A stretch of DNA of 37,783 bases from a virus (IMGVR_UViG_3300002098_000079:1-37783); one strand, 5' to 3'. Shown: positions 17,203-26,959, counted from the stretch's first letter. Program-made: numbers and translations. Notes: a model not told the origin generated them from the letters alone.

Positions 17203-18222
17203 TTACTTCTTAAAAGCACCGACGATTAAATTGAATAATTGAGTAATGTAGCCGAGAAAACTTGATCCTGTTGATCCGCTTTTATCTATTCGAGAAAACA
17301 TCATCGCTCCATATCCGAGACCAAATGCTTGATCGATAATTGATCGAGGAAAATAGTAGAGTCCTCCATCACCCATTTTTTCGGTCCAACTTTGCTGGTG
17401 AACCAAATAGAATTTTCCGTTTATAGTTTTTTGACCAATAATAGCCATATCGTGACCATCACCTTTGCTGGTAGGCATTACGTCAGGAATTATTCCTCCG
17501 GGGGCATACGTCCACTCAGGATGCCATTCAAGACCGAAGCTGACTCCCCTGCGTTCTGATCGATGCATCCATAAAGCAGATCGAATATTATCAAATGCAT
17601 CATAAACTCCGTCAAGAGTAAAGAAAGACAGATCACAGTATTTTGCAGATTTTTGATCTAAGCCTTTTGGATAATTCGCCCAGTTTGCCAAAAAGTCTCT
17701 GGTTTTGTCAGATGTTGAGTCGTTATTGTGGGTATATGGTGCTAAAACAGCAGGTAATGATCCATATTTAACGACTGATTGAGCTCCATCGCGCAAATTA
17801 GCTCCGTATTGCTTATATTCGCCTCGTACCTGCTTTATTTTTGCCATCTGATAGAAAGGATCAAAGAAGACTCCCCATAGCGCATTTTGCAATTCTACAG
17901 CTGTAAAGCCAGGACAGAAATCAAGATCTTTTTGATCGAGTATCTTATTCTTTCTCGCAGGTATATTTATTACCTCTCCAACATATATTCTGTTTGGATT
18001 CAGTATTTTAGGGTTAGCGGACAATATATCATTTATGGTATATCCAAAAGACTGAGAAATGGATGATAGGGTATCACCCCATTTTATTGTATATGTCAAT
18101 GCATCATAAATAGTGAAATCCTGTGTTGGCAAACTTGCAGCACCAAGAGTACCGAAAAACATGTGATGAGAATAATCACGCAAATCCAAGTCCAACTTTT
18201 GTAATGCATTTTTAATTTCCAT
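17203..18222 (-). CDS. LysM-containing papain-like (C1) cysteine peptidase
   Basis: YTIKWGDTLSSIS...NPKI.NPNRIYVG.VI.IP (LysM); ILDQ..LDFC, GHDMAIIG, QQSW..KMGDGG. Confidence 0.85.
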   Translation of the reverse strand: MEIKNALQKLDLDLRDYSHHMFFGTLGAASLPTQDFTIYDALTYTIKWGDTLSSISQSFGYTINDILSANPKILNPNRIYVGEVINIPARKNKILDQKDLDFCPGFTAVELQNALWGVFFDPFYQMAKIKQVRGEYKQYGANLRDGAQSVVKYGSLPAVLAPYTHNNDSTSDKTRDFLANWANYPKGLDQKSAKYCDLSFFTLDGVYDAFDNIRSALWMHRSERRGVSFGLEWHPEWTYAPGGIIPDVMPTSKGDGHDMAIIGQKTINGKFYLVHQQSWTEKMGDGGLYYFPRSIIDQAFGLGYGAMMFSRIDKSGSTGSSFLGYITQLFNLIVGAFKK

Positions 18223-18226
18223 AGTC

Positions 18227-18260
18227 CTTTCCATTTTCGTCGATCGACGAAAATGGAAAG
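18227..18260. repeat. Perfect 34-bp palindrome (terminator or translation-coupled hairpin)
   Basis: CTTTCCATTTTCGTCGA|TCGACGAAAATGGAAAG. Confidence 0.8.
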
Positions 18261-18270
18261 AGTATGAAAA

Positions 18271-18915
18271 CTATGAAGTCGCAAACGGAGTCGCAACAAC
18301 ACCGTTACCCTGATCGATACCCTGAATCATCCATTCAGTAGTACTGATACATGTAGCGCGGAATGATGTTCCTTTCAATCCTCCAGTTGTTGTACCATTC
18401 ATTGATACAGATCGGATTGTTGAACCATCCGCAGTCCATGCAGCGACAGCGTTTGAGCTGTCAGTGTCGATGTTCACGAGCGAACCGAGCATGAATGTTG
18501 TTAATGCATCAGTGATAACCTTGTATGCATTTGTAGTAACTGATGTGAGAACCATGAAGTCGAAGTATGTTCCAACTACTGGTGCAGGGAGAGTAAATAC
18601 AATTCCTGCTGCGCGATCCATAATACAAAGAGATCCGTTCTGTGCCTGAGTAAGTGCAACTGTTGCACCGCTTCCTGACACAACCTTTCCGTTACCAACT
18701 ACAGTCCACACTGGAACAGCAAGAGTTCCTGTGTTTTGCCATGGAACGTTTGTATATCCAGTCGTAGCATCTTGCTGCAAAAGAACACATCCTACTGCGT
18801 AAGTGTTTGCATCAAGAGCAAAAGTATTCGGGTTTCCCAAACATTTTGCAAAGATCAAAGGTCCGTTAGCACCTGCGGTCACTGGGAGACCGACGATTGT
18901 TTCGTTGTTAATCAT
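18271..18915 (-). CDS. Virion decoration/fibre-type structural protein
   Basis: LT.AQNGS..IMDRAAGIVFTLPAP..GTYFDF beta-rich motif; own TGgTATAAT promoter at about 18990. Confidence 0.6.
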   Translation of the reverse strand: MINNETIVGLPVTAGANGPLIFAKCLGNPNTFALDANTYAVGCVLLQQDATTGYTNVPWQNTGTLAVPVWTVVGNGKVVSGSGATVALTQAQNGSLCIMDRAAGIVFTLPAPVVGTYFDFMVLTSVTTNAYKVITDALTTFMLGSLVNIDTDSSNAVAAWTADGSTIRSVSMNGTTTGGLKGTSFRATCISTTEWMIQGIDQGNGVVATPFATS

Positions 18916-18990
18916 ATAAAATTTCTAATAATTTACGACACAGAGTGACGCTCTGTTTTGTCGATTAATAATACTAACAAACTTACTAAA

Positions 18991-19110
18991 TTATACCATT
19001 TTTTTCTTTTGCTGCACTCGTGCATATTTCCCGGTAATTGGTGCTGGATTATCTTTCTTGAGTGTAACCTTGAATTTCGGTTTCAAACGGATCATTAATT
19101 TTTTTGTCAT
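18991..19110 (-). CDS. Small basic protein, 39 aa (MTKKLMIRLKPKFKV...GKYARVQQKKKMV)
   Basis: Translated by hand; typical start context. Confidence 0.55.
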   Translation of the reverse strand: MTKKLMIRLKPKFKVTLKKDNPAPITGKYARVQQKKKMV

Positions 19111-19120
19111 ATATTACTTC

Positions 19121-19462
19121 TTATTGTTGAACGCTTTGAACGCGAGCGTTAAGAGATGCCTCGACTGCATCTTTAATTGATGTTCTTATATAATACTTTT
19201 CAATGTTCATAAATATCGGAATACCAAATATCAATAAAGTTCCGAGCACCCCAAGAGCTCCCCATATTACCTTAAACCAAATGGTATGCTTATTTACTCT
19301 GCCATTTGTTTTTGTGGTTTGTATTTCAATTCTAGCAAGAGTTTTATTTACATTAACAAATGTTTTATCTTGTTCATCGAGGTGATCGAGAATTGGTTTT
19401 GTTATCATGTCAATTTCCCTTTTAGAATAGGGTTTTTCTTTTATATAAACTTCGTCTGTCAT
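19121..19462 (-). CDS. Coiled-coil plus single-TM membrane protein (XhlA/holin-like)
   Basis: LARIEIQTTKTNGRV followed by a TM helix. Confidence 0.65.
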   Translation of the reverse strand: MTDEVYIKEKPYSKREIDMITKPILDHLDEQDKTFVNVNKTLARIEIQTTKTNGRVNKHTIWFKVIWGALGVLGTLLIFGIPIFMNIEKYYIRTSIKDAVEASLNARVQSVQQ

Positions 19463-19466
19463 AAAA

Positions 19467-20024
19467 TTATGGGTACACCCTAAGCTCTACTAAATTGTTC
19501 GATAACATCGCATCGGTTGGTGTTGCAGTAAATCCAAGCAATCCAAGAATTGCCAGAGATTGAACAGCTGTGGTCATTGTAATTGTTGTGGAGTTCGTAC
19601 GAGTGATACTTACTGCCCCATTGAGATTTACAAGCGGAGAATATATACCGACTGTTTTTCCTGATGTGAAAACAGGACTACTCGCTGTGATCGTATAGAT
19701 TCCAGCAGAAGTTCTTGCCCATGTGAATGTTGTTGATCCGAAACCATTTACAAGCAATGTCGCGGTTGGGGTGGCAGTTCCAGTTTGAGTAACAAACGAT
19801 TGCATGCTTGTATACCCTGAAACCATGGTTGATGATGCTGAAATAACATAAGGGCTCGCAAGAGTTCCTGATCCGGAAAGAGTTGTACCCGATCCTGCAT
19901 TAACAAAACCAGTGATTGAAAATATTCCGTACGATGCATTTGTTTTTACTACAGCGTATCCACCCAACATAATACCTACAAGTAAAACAGTAAAGAAAAA
20001 CTTTTTGTTAAATATTTTTTTCAT
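19467..20024 (-). CDS. Beta-rich virion-type protein with a signal peptide
   Basis: MKKIFNKK-FFFTVLLVGIMLGG-YAVVKTNA; SGSGTLASPYVISA and W.RTSAGIYTIT motifs. Confidence 0.65.
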   Translation of the reverse strand: MKKIFNKKFFFTVLLVGIMLGGYAVVKTNASYGIFSITGFVNAGSGTTLSGSGTLASPYVISASSTMVSGYTSMQSFVTQTGTATPTATLLVNGFGSTTFTWARTSAGIYTITASSPVFTSGKTVGIYSPLVNLNGAVSITRTNSTTITMTTAVQSLAILGLLGFTATPTDAMLSNNLVELRVYP

Positions 20025-20026
20025 AA

Positions 20027-23000
20027 TTAGAGTATATCCCAGCCTGTCCCATTACTAATAATTTCTATGTCGGGTCTCAATAATCCAGTCAATGATTGAG
20101 TATTTGATCCGTCGATAAGCTCTGCTCCAGCTGCTTGGATAGTACAGTTATTTACAGAAGCGTTTACCTTTTTGATGTAGTAATGATCGCCAGTTCGCAG
20201 AGTTGAATTGTATGCTGATGCCGCTGTTGGAAGCGTGATTGTTACAGCACCAGCTGTTGCATCACATCGCGCGACAGTGTTTGTTTTGTCGAGTGTTGCA
20301 CTTGTTGTAAACAGATCTGTTCGTAGACTTTCACTACCAGCAATTGTGAGGTTATTTGATACTTGAGTCGTTGTAGAAGTCATCAATACCAGGTTTGCAC
20401 CGCCTGTGGCAAAGAGTATTTGTTGCGTAGTATCGTTCATCTGGAAGAATGTGTGATTGTTTGTTCCTCCGATATCTCCCATTTGATAGAGAGCTGCGTT
20501 GTCGTCGATGTTGAGATAGTTTGCTCCACTCCATCGAACACGGAATGACACAGTGAACTGAGTGTTGATATTGTTCAACATGTCAATCGTGAATTGATTT
20601 CCTGCACCAGTTCCACTGATATCTCCCATTGTGAGAGTCGAACTCGCACTGTTTAGGTCAAAATAGTGGTGTCCTGTTCCATCTCGAAGCGAAAGCAAAT
20701 TACCAGCAAGAACAGCTGTCTTTGTTGTGTCATTGAGGTTGAGAGCAGTTCCATTTGTCGCGTAACTGATATTTGTTGTTGTCGAGGTTCGTGTAAAGAG
20801 TGAATCAGAAGTGATTGCGTTTGATGCATTTCCATAGGCGATTTGGGTTGATGTAACAGTTGGAGTTGCACAAGCATTTAGGGTAGTTCCTGAATATGAT
20901 AGACATGTACCGAGATTTACAGTCGTTGCATTTGCAGTCGAACCTGTAGGATTTCCAAGCAATGTAGACGATGCGATTTGCTGGAATTTAGCAAATGTTA
21001 CAGCGTTTGTTGCAATTGTAAGTGGTATGGTGCTTGTACCGCTTCCAGTAACGTCACCAGTAAATGTAAGAGATGTTGATGTTCCTGATGAGATCGTGGT
21101 CCAAGAAGATCCACCAACTCCGTCACTCGTTACAACTTGACCAGCTGTTCCAGTTGATGTTGGCAGAGTGTATCGGTTGCTGATTTTTACAGTGTTTGAT
21201 GCGGTGTTCACATCGAATGTTTCAACACCAGATCCATTTGATACAAAGAATTTTTTATTGAGTGTGAGTGTTGCGTTTCCTGTTGTTCCCCAATCTTGTG
21301 TGAAGTACACAGGACCGACTCCGCCTCCTGAATAGTTTCCGAGTTTTGATACACCTGTGAGCATGCTCAAATCGAAAACATTCGTGCTGTTGAGTGATAC
21401 ATGGAAACCAAATGGATCAGTTCCGCTAACTGTTGGATTAAATATAAGACCAGTATCTTGTGCGAGATTTCCTGATGCATCAGTATAAAGAACTTCCCAT
21501 GGAGTGGAACTCGTAATAGCTGTTCCAATTCCAACCGATGTTGTTGGTGCTGGCGCGAATCCTGTGACACCACCGAATCCCATGGTTAATATTTGCCCAG
21601 GAGAACCTGCGGATGGTGGCAACGAATATTGCCCTGCTCCGACATTGATTGTTGGAACACCACTTGCCCCATCAACTGTAAAATGAACCGTAGAACTTGG
21701 ATCAGCAACTTTAAAAGTTCCAGTATTTGCTTGGATTGTACTTAGAGCATCTTCAATTTGAAATTGTGTGCCATTGTCATGGAATCCTGAATCTCCGAGT
21801 CGCATGTCGATATTCCCTCCTGGTTGATAATCAGCATACATATATGTGAGACCTGTACCGATTTGGTTTGCAGTAAAGGTATTTGAATATGTGTCGAAGT
21901 GCTGACTGCCATCGACTACATCGAAGTGAGTTCCAAATCCACTCACGTTGCCTGGCAGTGAACCCATAGAATATGTTCCAAATTGTTGGTCGAGAATGAG
22001 GTTTTTATCTGATCCTGAACATTCTGCCCCGACACTGAAAACATGTGTACCTGGATCTGGATTGAATAGAAAATTATTACACTGTGCTGCATTTCCTGAA
22101 CTGTCTGTATATAGAACATCATTTGGAGTTCCACCAGTTACAGGCGCACCGATTGAAAATCCGGGTACTGGTTGCCATGTTGCAGCACTCGATCCATCGG
22201 TTGTGAGAACATATCCTGGCGTACCGACAGTATTGTCAAGCGTGTATGCTTGGCTGATTGTTACTTGGTTTGATCCGTTATCTACATTGAGTGTTGATAC
22301 TCCGGTAAGCGGACTCTGCACTATAAATTGCCCGGCTGTCGTGTTACGGATTAGAGTTGAACCATCTTCAACCGAAATATTGGTACTGTTTCCAATACTG
22401 CTCAAATCTCCGAACTTGTACGTTGATATACTTGGATCAAGATTTAAGAATTGCTGACCACTCGTATTCTGTGAAATGAGAGCTGCGTTTTGCTGTAATG
22501 TTGTAACACTGGAACTGTCATCTATATTTATATAAGTTCCGCCAATGCTACCAATTTGGTATTGCGCTGTAGATGGATCTAGATAGAGGTAGTTTTGTCC
22601 TCCTACTTGGTATTTTAAATTAGGAATAGAGTCATCGAGCAAGAGCGAACTTTTACCATGAACATTGTCAAGGTCTCCAATTCCATAGAAACCAGTCTGC
22701 GGATCAGCTTCAATATATGAGTTATCACTAGTATCACGGTATGAGAAATACTGGTCAGCGCGTGGGATGATACCTTGGCTGGAATCATCCACCGTAAATG
22801 TTGTTCCTTGAAAAGCTCCATCTAGATCTCCTATGGAATATTCACCGCCAGCATTGAAATTAAGATACCTATCACTTCCAGGCTTTCCATAAAATGTAAA
22901 TCGGTTTTTCCCAATATTTAAGTAGTCACCGAACTGAGTATTATCTATATCTCCAAAAGAAAAGTCTGGATTCCGTGGATCGACATAAATATATCGTGAA

Positions 23001-23677
23001 GTACCAAATCCGTGTGGCTTATCTGAATATGTAAATGTACGAGCTGCATCATTTATGGTTGTTTGAGAACAATTATTTACACAACTCAAGTCTCCGGTAT
23101 TGTAGAATCCGCCTCCAAGCAATTGATACCGATTCCCTGCGCCATTTTGTGCATATACAAAATTTGCATCGTTTGTGACACTCGTTGCTCCTGCATCGAG
23201 AACTTGAACGTGCGCTCCGCCAGTATTTCCGAGGCTGTAATCGCCTGTGAGTTCATTGAGATGAAGTTTACTTGTACCACCAAAACCAACAGCAAAATCC
23301 GATACGCTCGGATTATACGAAAGGTTGGGAGAACTTGTCATCACATTCGATGGATCTCCAAAAGCAATTTCATTTGCATTTAGTGAAGACGATCCAGATC
23401 CCGAATGAGCTACAAGAGGAATACCCACACCATTTCCGGTAATTGTTACACCATCAACATTTACTGTCGAAATCGGAGTGAACCCAAGAGTTGAAATTAT
23501 ATCACCAGATGTCGCAGTGGAAAACGGAGCAGTTCCATTACCGCGCAATATTCCGGTTATAGTGTTCACTCCTGTACCACCTTGGTTTACCGGAAGTGGA
23601 ATGAGGGCAAAAGCAGTTAAAGGAAAGAATGTTGCTATTCCAATAATTATCGCTAGTTTTTTGAGAAAGTTTTTCAT
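20027..23677 (-). CDS. Long tail fibre/adhesin with a signal peptide and internal beta repeats
   Basis: MKNFLKK-LAIIIGIATFFP-LTAFA; LPVNQGGTG, FTGDVTGSG, IA.NAVT.AK and TITLP.A...YYIKK fibre motifs. Confidence 0.8.
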   Translation of the reverse strand: MKNFLKKLAIIIGIATFFPLTAFALIPLPVNQGGTGVNTITGILRGNGTAPFSTATSGDIISTLGFTPISTVNVDGVTITGNGVGIPLVAHSGSGSSSLNANEIAFGDPSNVMTSSPNLSYNPSVSDFAVGFGGTSKLHLNELTGDYSLGNTGGAHVQVLDAGATSVTNDANFVYAQNGAGNRYQLLGGGFYNTGDLSCVNNCSQTTINDAARTFTYSDKPHGFGTSRYIYVDPRNPDFSFGDIDNTQFGDYLNIGKNRFTFYGKPGSDRYLNFNAGGEYSIGDLDGAFQGTTFTVDDSSQGIIPRADQYFSYRDTSDNSYIEADPQTGFYGIGDLDNVHGKSSLLLDDSIPNLKYQVGGQNYLYLDPSTAQYQIGSIGGTYINIDDSSSVTTLQQNAALISQNTSGQQFLNLDPSISTYKFGDLSSIGNSTNISVEDGSTLIRNTTAGQFIVQSPLTGVSTLNVDNGSNQVTISQAYTLDNTVGTPGYVLTTDGSSAATWQPVPGFSIGAPVTGGTPNDVLYTDSSGNAAQCNNFLFNPDPGTHVFSVGAECSGSDKNLILDQQFGTYSMGSLPGNVSGFGTHFDVVDGSQHFDTYSNTFTANQIGTGLTYMYADYQPGGNIDMRLGDSGFHDNGTQFQIEDALSTIQANTGTFKVADPSSTVHFTVDGASGVPTINVGAGQYSLPPSAGSPGQILTMGFGGVTGFAPAPTTSVGIGTAITSSTPWEVLYTDASGNLAQDTGLIFNPTVSGTDPFGFHVSLNSTNVFDLSMLTGVSKLGNYSGGGVGPVYFTQDWGTTGNATLTLNKKFFVSNGSGVETFDVNTASNTVKISNRYTLPTSTGTAGQVVTSDGVGGSSWTTISSGTSTSLTFTGDVTGSGTSTIPLTIATNAVTFAKFQQIASSTLLGNPTGSTANATTVNLGTCLSYSGTTLNACATPTVTSTQIAYGNASNAITSDSLFTRTSTTTNISYATNGTALNLNDTTKTAVLAGNLLSLRDGTGHHYFDLNSASSTLTMGDISGTGAGNQFTIDMLNNINTQFTVSFRVRWSGANYLNIDDNAALYQMGDIGGTNNHTFFQMNDTTQQILFATGGANLVLMTSTTTQVSNNLTIAGSESLRTDLFTTSATLDKTNTVARCDATAGAVTITLPTAASAYNSTLRTGDHYYIKKVNASVNNCTIQAAGAELIDGSNTQSLTGLLRPDIEIISNGTGWDIL

Positions 23678-23678
23678 A

Positions 23679-24551
23679 TTAATATGATGATCGCAATGTT
23701 GATCCGACATCTGGAATCAAAACCAATGTGACTGTTAATCCTGATAATGTATATCCGTCATTTTCGAAGTACCACGAACCATTCAATACGATTGCATTTG
23801 GAACATGAGTGACAGTAAAAACATTATTTGAACCATCGATCAAACCAGATGGAGTTTCAAATCGTGCGCCACCACCAGACGGAGGAGCTGATTTTACAAA
23901 AAGCGGATCTCCCGGAACTCCAGTACCTCCAAGGGTATTATCGTGAAAAATAACTCCCGGACCTCCCTCTCTGCGATACCATTCAACATATTTATTCCAA
24001 ATGTATGTCTCAAGACCTTTAATAACTTTTACATCCAATCGATCGTTTCCCTCGAGCGATTCCATCACATTGATCGTATTGATCGCGAGCTCGCGCAAAC
24101 TCGGAAGTTTTGCATCTTTCCCATCCCTACCATGTCGTCCGTCAAAATAGTGTTTTCCCTTTTTAGGGGTTACAAACTTTATCAGCCACTTTATTTCTTC
24201 GTCGGTAAAATAATCTTTCCCCTTAACCGGAGTAAAACCATCTCGTCCATGCTTGCCATTTTCAACTTTCGGAATGAGCGGCTTAATGATTGCCATCAAT
24301 TTTTCAACACTTGGAGTCTCCCCATCTTTTACTTTTGGAATGAGAGGTCGTATCGCTTCCATCAATTCTTGTTTCGATGGCGTGTCTCCCTTATCACCTT
24401 TTGCTACTTGTATTCTTTTTGTAATTTCTGAGAAATGTTTGACCATTTCAAGCATGGAACTTGAGGTATCGACTTCGTTTTCATACCGCAATGATTCTCG
24501 CTCATCAGGATCTCGGCTGTTTCTGAATTTTGTTTTTTTTAAGAGACTCAT
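23679..24551 (-). CDS. Fibre-associated protein with short collagen-like G-x-x repeats
   Basis: GDKGDTP, KDGETP, GKHGRDG.TP.KGKDYF repeats; C-terminal ETPSG.IDG.N.VFT. Confidence 0.65.
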   Translation of the reverse strand: MSLLKKTKFRNSRDPDERESLRYENEVDTSSSMLEMVKHFSEITKRIQVAKGDKGDTPSKQELMEAIRPLIPKVKDGETPSVEKLMAIIKPLIPKVENGKHGRDGFTPVKGKDYFTDEEIKWLIKFVTPKKGKHYFDGRHGRDGKDAKLPSLRELAINTINVMESLEGNDRLDVKVIKGLETYIWNKYVEWYRREGGPGVIFHDNTLGGTGVPGDPLFVKSAPPSGGGARFETPSGLIDGSNNVFTVTHVPNAIVLNGSWYFENDGYTLSGLTVTLVLIPDVGSTLRSSY

Positions 24552-24572
24552 ATATGAGCATATTATAACACT

Positions 24573-24965
24573 CTATTGCGATGCTGTAATTGTTATGTTC
24601 GAAGTTGATGTTGCTGTGATAGCGTAAATTGCCGAAATAATCGGATTGAGCGTGTTGATTTCATATCTTCCTCCGTTTGCTTCGAGACGGATTCCTTTGT
24701 TTGCAGTAGATGTACCCATTGCCGATAGATACACTGTATTTGCCCCATCATTGACGAAAATAGCGTATCGGCGTGCAGAGCTCGCACCGAGGATCAAACT
24801 GCTTACAGTCGATGCTGTGGAGCTTGTCGATACGTTTACTGGTATGTATGAACCAAATGCATCACCGACTTTTGCTGTCTGAGTAAAAGGGTGAAAAACG
24901 AATATTCCCAAAATGAGAAGAAGACCGATCATGAGACCAACGACACTTTGTTTTTTTTCTTGCAT
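24573..24965 (-). CDS. Virion-type beta-sandwich protein with an N-terminal TM/signal segment
   Basis: VVGLMIGLLLILGIFVF; RRYAIFVNDG.NTVYL...GIRL.ANGG.YE. Confidence 0.7.
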   Translation of the reverse strand: MQEKKQSVVGLMIGLLLILGIFVFHPFTQTAKVGDAFGSYIPVNVSTSSTASTVSSLILGASSARRYAIFVNDGANTVYLSAMGTSTANKGIRLEANGGRYEINTLNPIISAIYAITATSTSNITITASQ

Positions 24966-25041
24966 AAAAATAGTTTTTATTATTAATAATAATGAGCCTA
25001 TTCGGAGAGATGTTTTTCCGACCATCTCCCCTTTAGATTCA

Positions 25042-25494
25042 CTATCGGAGATCGAGATACTGAACTCCTGTGAGTCCTGTTGTTGGAGCAGATGTAGTTG
25101 CGGTTGAGTTTACCACTTGTACGCTGATTGTACCGGCAGTGTTCACTTTCGCGCCTATGATTGGAAATCCACCATTTGTAGATGTCGCTGTACCTGTTGT
25201 ACTTGGAGACATCATAAATACTGTATCGCCAACCTTTGCTTTTGGAGCAGAACAACTCAATGTCTCTGTTGCAAGACTTGCAATTGAAGATGTTCCAGTG
25301 AGTGAACAAGTTCCAAAGTTGATATTTGTCAAAAGAGTGTTATCTGAACCGATAACGATTCCGTTGTAGTACCAAGTTGGATAGTTACTGACTGTAGCAT
25401 CACCGAGTGCATGACTGCCAGAAAGAGAAAGATATCCAGCGACAACTGCAATCACCGCCACAATTCCCAATGCAATTTTTTGAAGATTTGTCAT
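25042..25494 (-). CDS. Capsid decoration-like protein with an N-terminal TM/signal segment
   Basis: IALGIVAVIAVVAGYL; A.VGDTVF...A.V..AGTI.V.V.N; directly after the major capsid gene. Confidence 0.7.
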   Translation of the reverse strand: MTNLQKIALGIVAVIAVVAGYLSLSGSHALGDATVSNYPTWYYNGIVIGSDNTLLTNINFGTCSLTGTSSIASLATETLSCSAPKAKVGDTVFMMSPSTTGTATSTNGGFPIIGAKVNTAGTISVQVVNSTATTSAPTTGLTGVQYLDLR

Positions 25495-25519
25495 AAGAAT
25501 TTATGTTACTCACCTGTAC

Positions 25520-25547
25520 CATCTTTCCGAAAAAATCGGAAAGATGA
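25520..25547 (-). terminator. Hairpin after the major capsid gene
   Basis: CATCTTTCCGA-AAAAA-TCGGAAAGATG. Confidence 0.65.
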
Positions 25548-25564
25548 AATAAGGTGATGTGCGA

Positions 25565-26959
25565 TTAATTGAATGTGTTTACTGGGTTCGTTACGAATCC
25601 ATCTGAACGGACCTGAACATCCACAAGCTTCGGAGCTTGGTCGTTGAAGACCTTGATTCCGTATGTGAACCATGTAACGAAGTCCCATCCTACGCGACCA
25701 GAGTTACTAGAACCTGGAGCTGGATTTGACTGCAAGATTTCGAATTCAGGACCATATTGGAGGACAACCGAGATCGATTTGTTTACTCCGAAGATGTTGT
25801 GCTGAATTTGCTGTGCAGCGGTCCAAACGTTACCGACAGCAGTCATTGACTGTGATACTGGAACGTTACCCTGTCCGTTGATTTGGAGCGAGAGAGTTGT
25901 ACCAGATGCAGTCGCTGGGTTTGTTTGTGTAGCTGTGAGACCAACAAACAATTTTTGCTGTGTAGTTGTCAAATTTCCCTGAATGAACGGAACGAAACCA
26001 GTATTTGTTGTGTTCGGGATCGCAACGTATGGGTTGTTGAGCGCGTTCACAAGGTTTGTAACAGTCAATGCAGCAGTTGATGCGATCTTTACTTCGCCAA
26101 CCAATGTAGGAGTGTTACGGAATGTGACTGTAACTGATTGGTTTGTGAGTACACCACCGATCTTGTTTACAATTCCATTCAAGAGAGTGAACGTGTCGCC
26201 ATCAGTTGGGTTTGTAGCAAGTACAAGGTTTCCAGTCCATGGCAAGTTGTTTGAACGATACAAGTTAAATCCGAAGTATTTTCCGATGTAACCAGAGTTC
26301 GAAACATTGTCACCGAGAACTGTAGTCTTTCCACCCAAGTATTGAGTGAGGATGTTGTAGAACTGAGCAGAAATGATAGCCACTGGCATATCAGAATTCT
26401 TATCAATTCGGAAGTCTCCAGAGAACTGAGCTGCTGGATCGTATACAACGTTCTGCAATGCCAATGCCTGTTCTGCTGCTGCAGCAACCGCCATGATATT
26501 ACCAACGTTGATACTGACTCCGTTACCTGGTGTTCCACCTGGAGTAACGACACTATCATCGACTACTGAACCTGCGCCCTGATATGCAACACCGAAAACA
26601 TCAGAGTCCATTTGCAAGAACAAACCATTCATTGCCTTGCGAGCCTTTCGAGTCTGCAAAGGAAGATTAGCCTGGAACTTGTTGAGCTTTGAAATAAAGA
26701 ACGAAACATCTTTGACGTAGTTGATTGTGATTGTTTCATCGCTATCAACCCAAGCCTGGTTGTTATATCCACCATCTCCACCCATATTCTCGACAACGAA
26801 GTCAGAGTCAAATGTGCGGTGATATGTCACACCCTTTTCGAGTGATGACTTGATCGACTCATCTGCAATAGCTTTGTAAGCTGGAACTTTGTAGTGAGTG
26901 ATCTGGTACATATCTTCCCAGGTTTGTTTATAGTCGTTTGTGTTTGGATTTGGTGCCAT
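25565..26959 (-). CDS. Major capsid protein (HK97 fold, P22-coat-like) with an insertion domain
   Basis: G.T.H, ETITIN..K, D.DV, IGKYFGFNLYRSNNLP, YG.KVF; follows the scaffold. Confidence 0.85.
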   Translation of the reverse strand: MAPNPNTNDYKQTWEDMYQITHYKVPAYKAIADESIKSSLEKGVTYHRTFDSDFVVENMGGDGGYNNQAWVDSDETITINYVKDVSFFISKLNKFQANLPLQTRKARKAMNGLFLQMDSDVFGVAYQGAGSVVDDSVVTPGGTPGNGVSINVGNIMAVAAAAEQALALQNVVYDPAAQFSGDFRIDKNSDMPVAIISAQFYNILTQYLGGKTTVLGDNVSNSGYIGKYFGFNLYRSNNLPWTGNLVLATNPTDGDTFTLLNGIVNKIGGVLTNQSVTVTFRNTPTLVGEVKIASTAALTVTNLVNALNNPYVAIPNTTNTGFVPFIQGNLTTTQQKLFVGLTATQTNPATASGTTLSLQINGQGNVPVSQSMTAVGNVWTAAQQIQHNIFGVNKSISVVLQYGPEFEILQSNPAPGSSNSGRVGWDFVTWFTYGIKVFNDQAPKLVDVQVRSDGFVTNPVNTFN

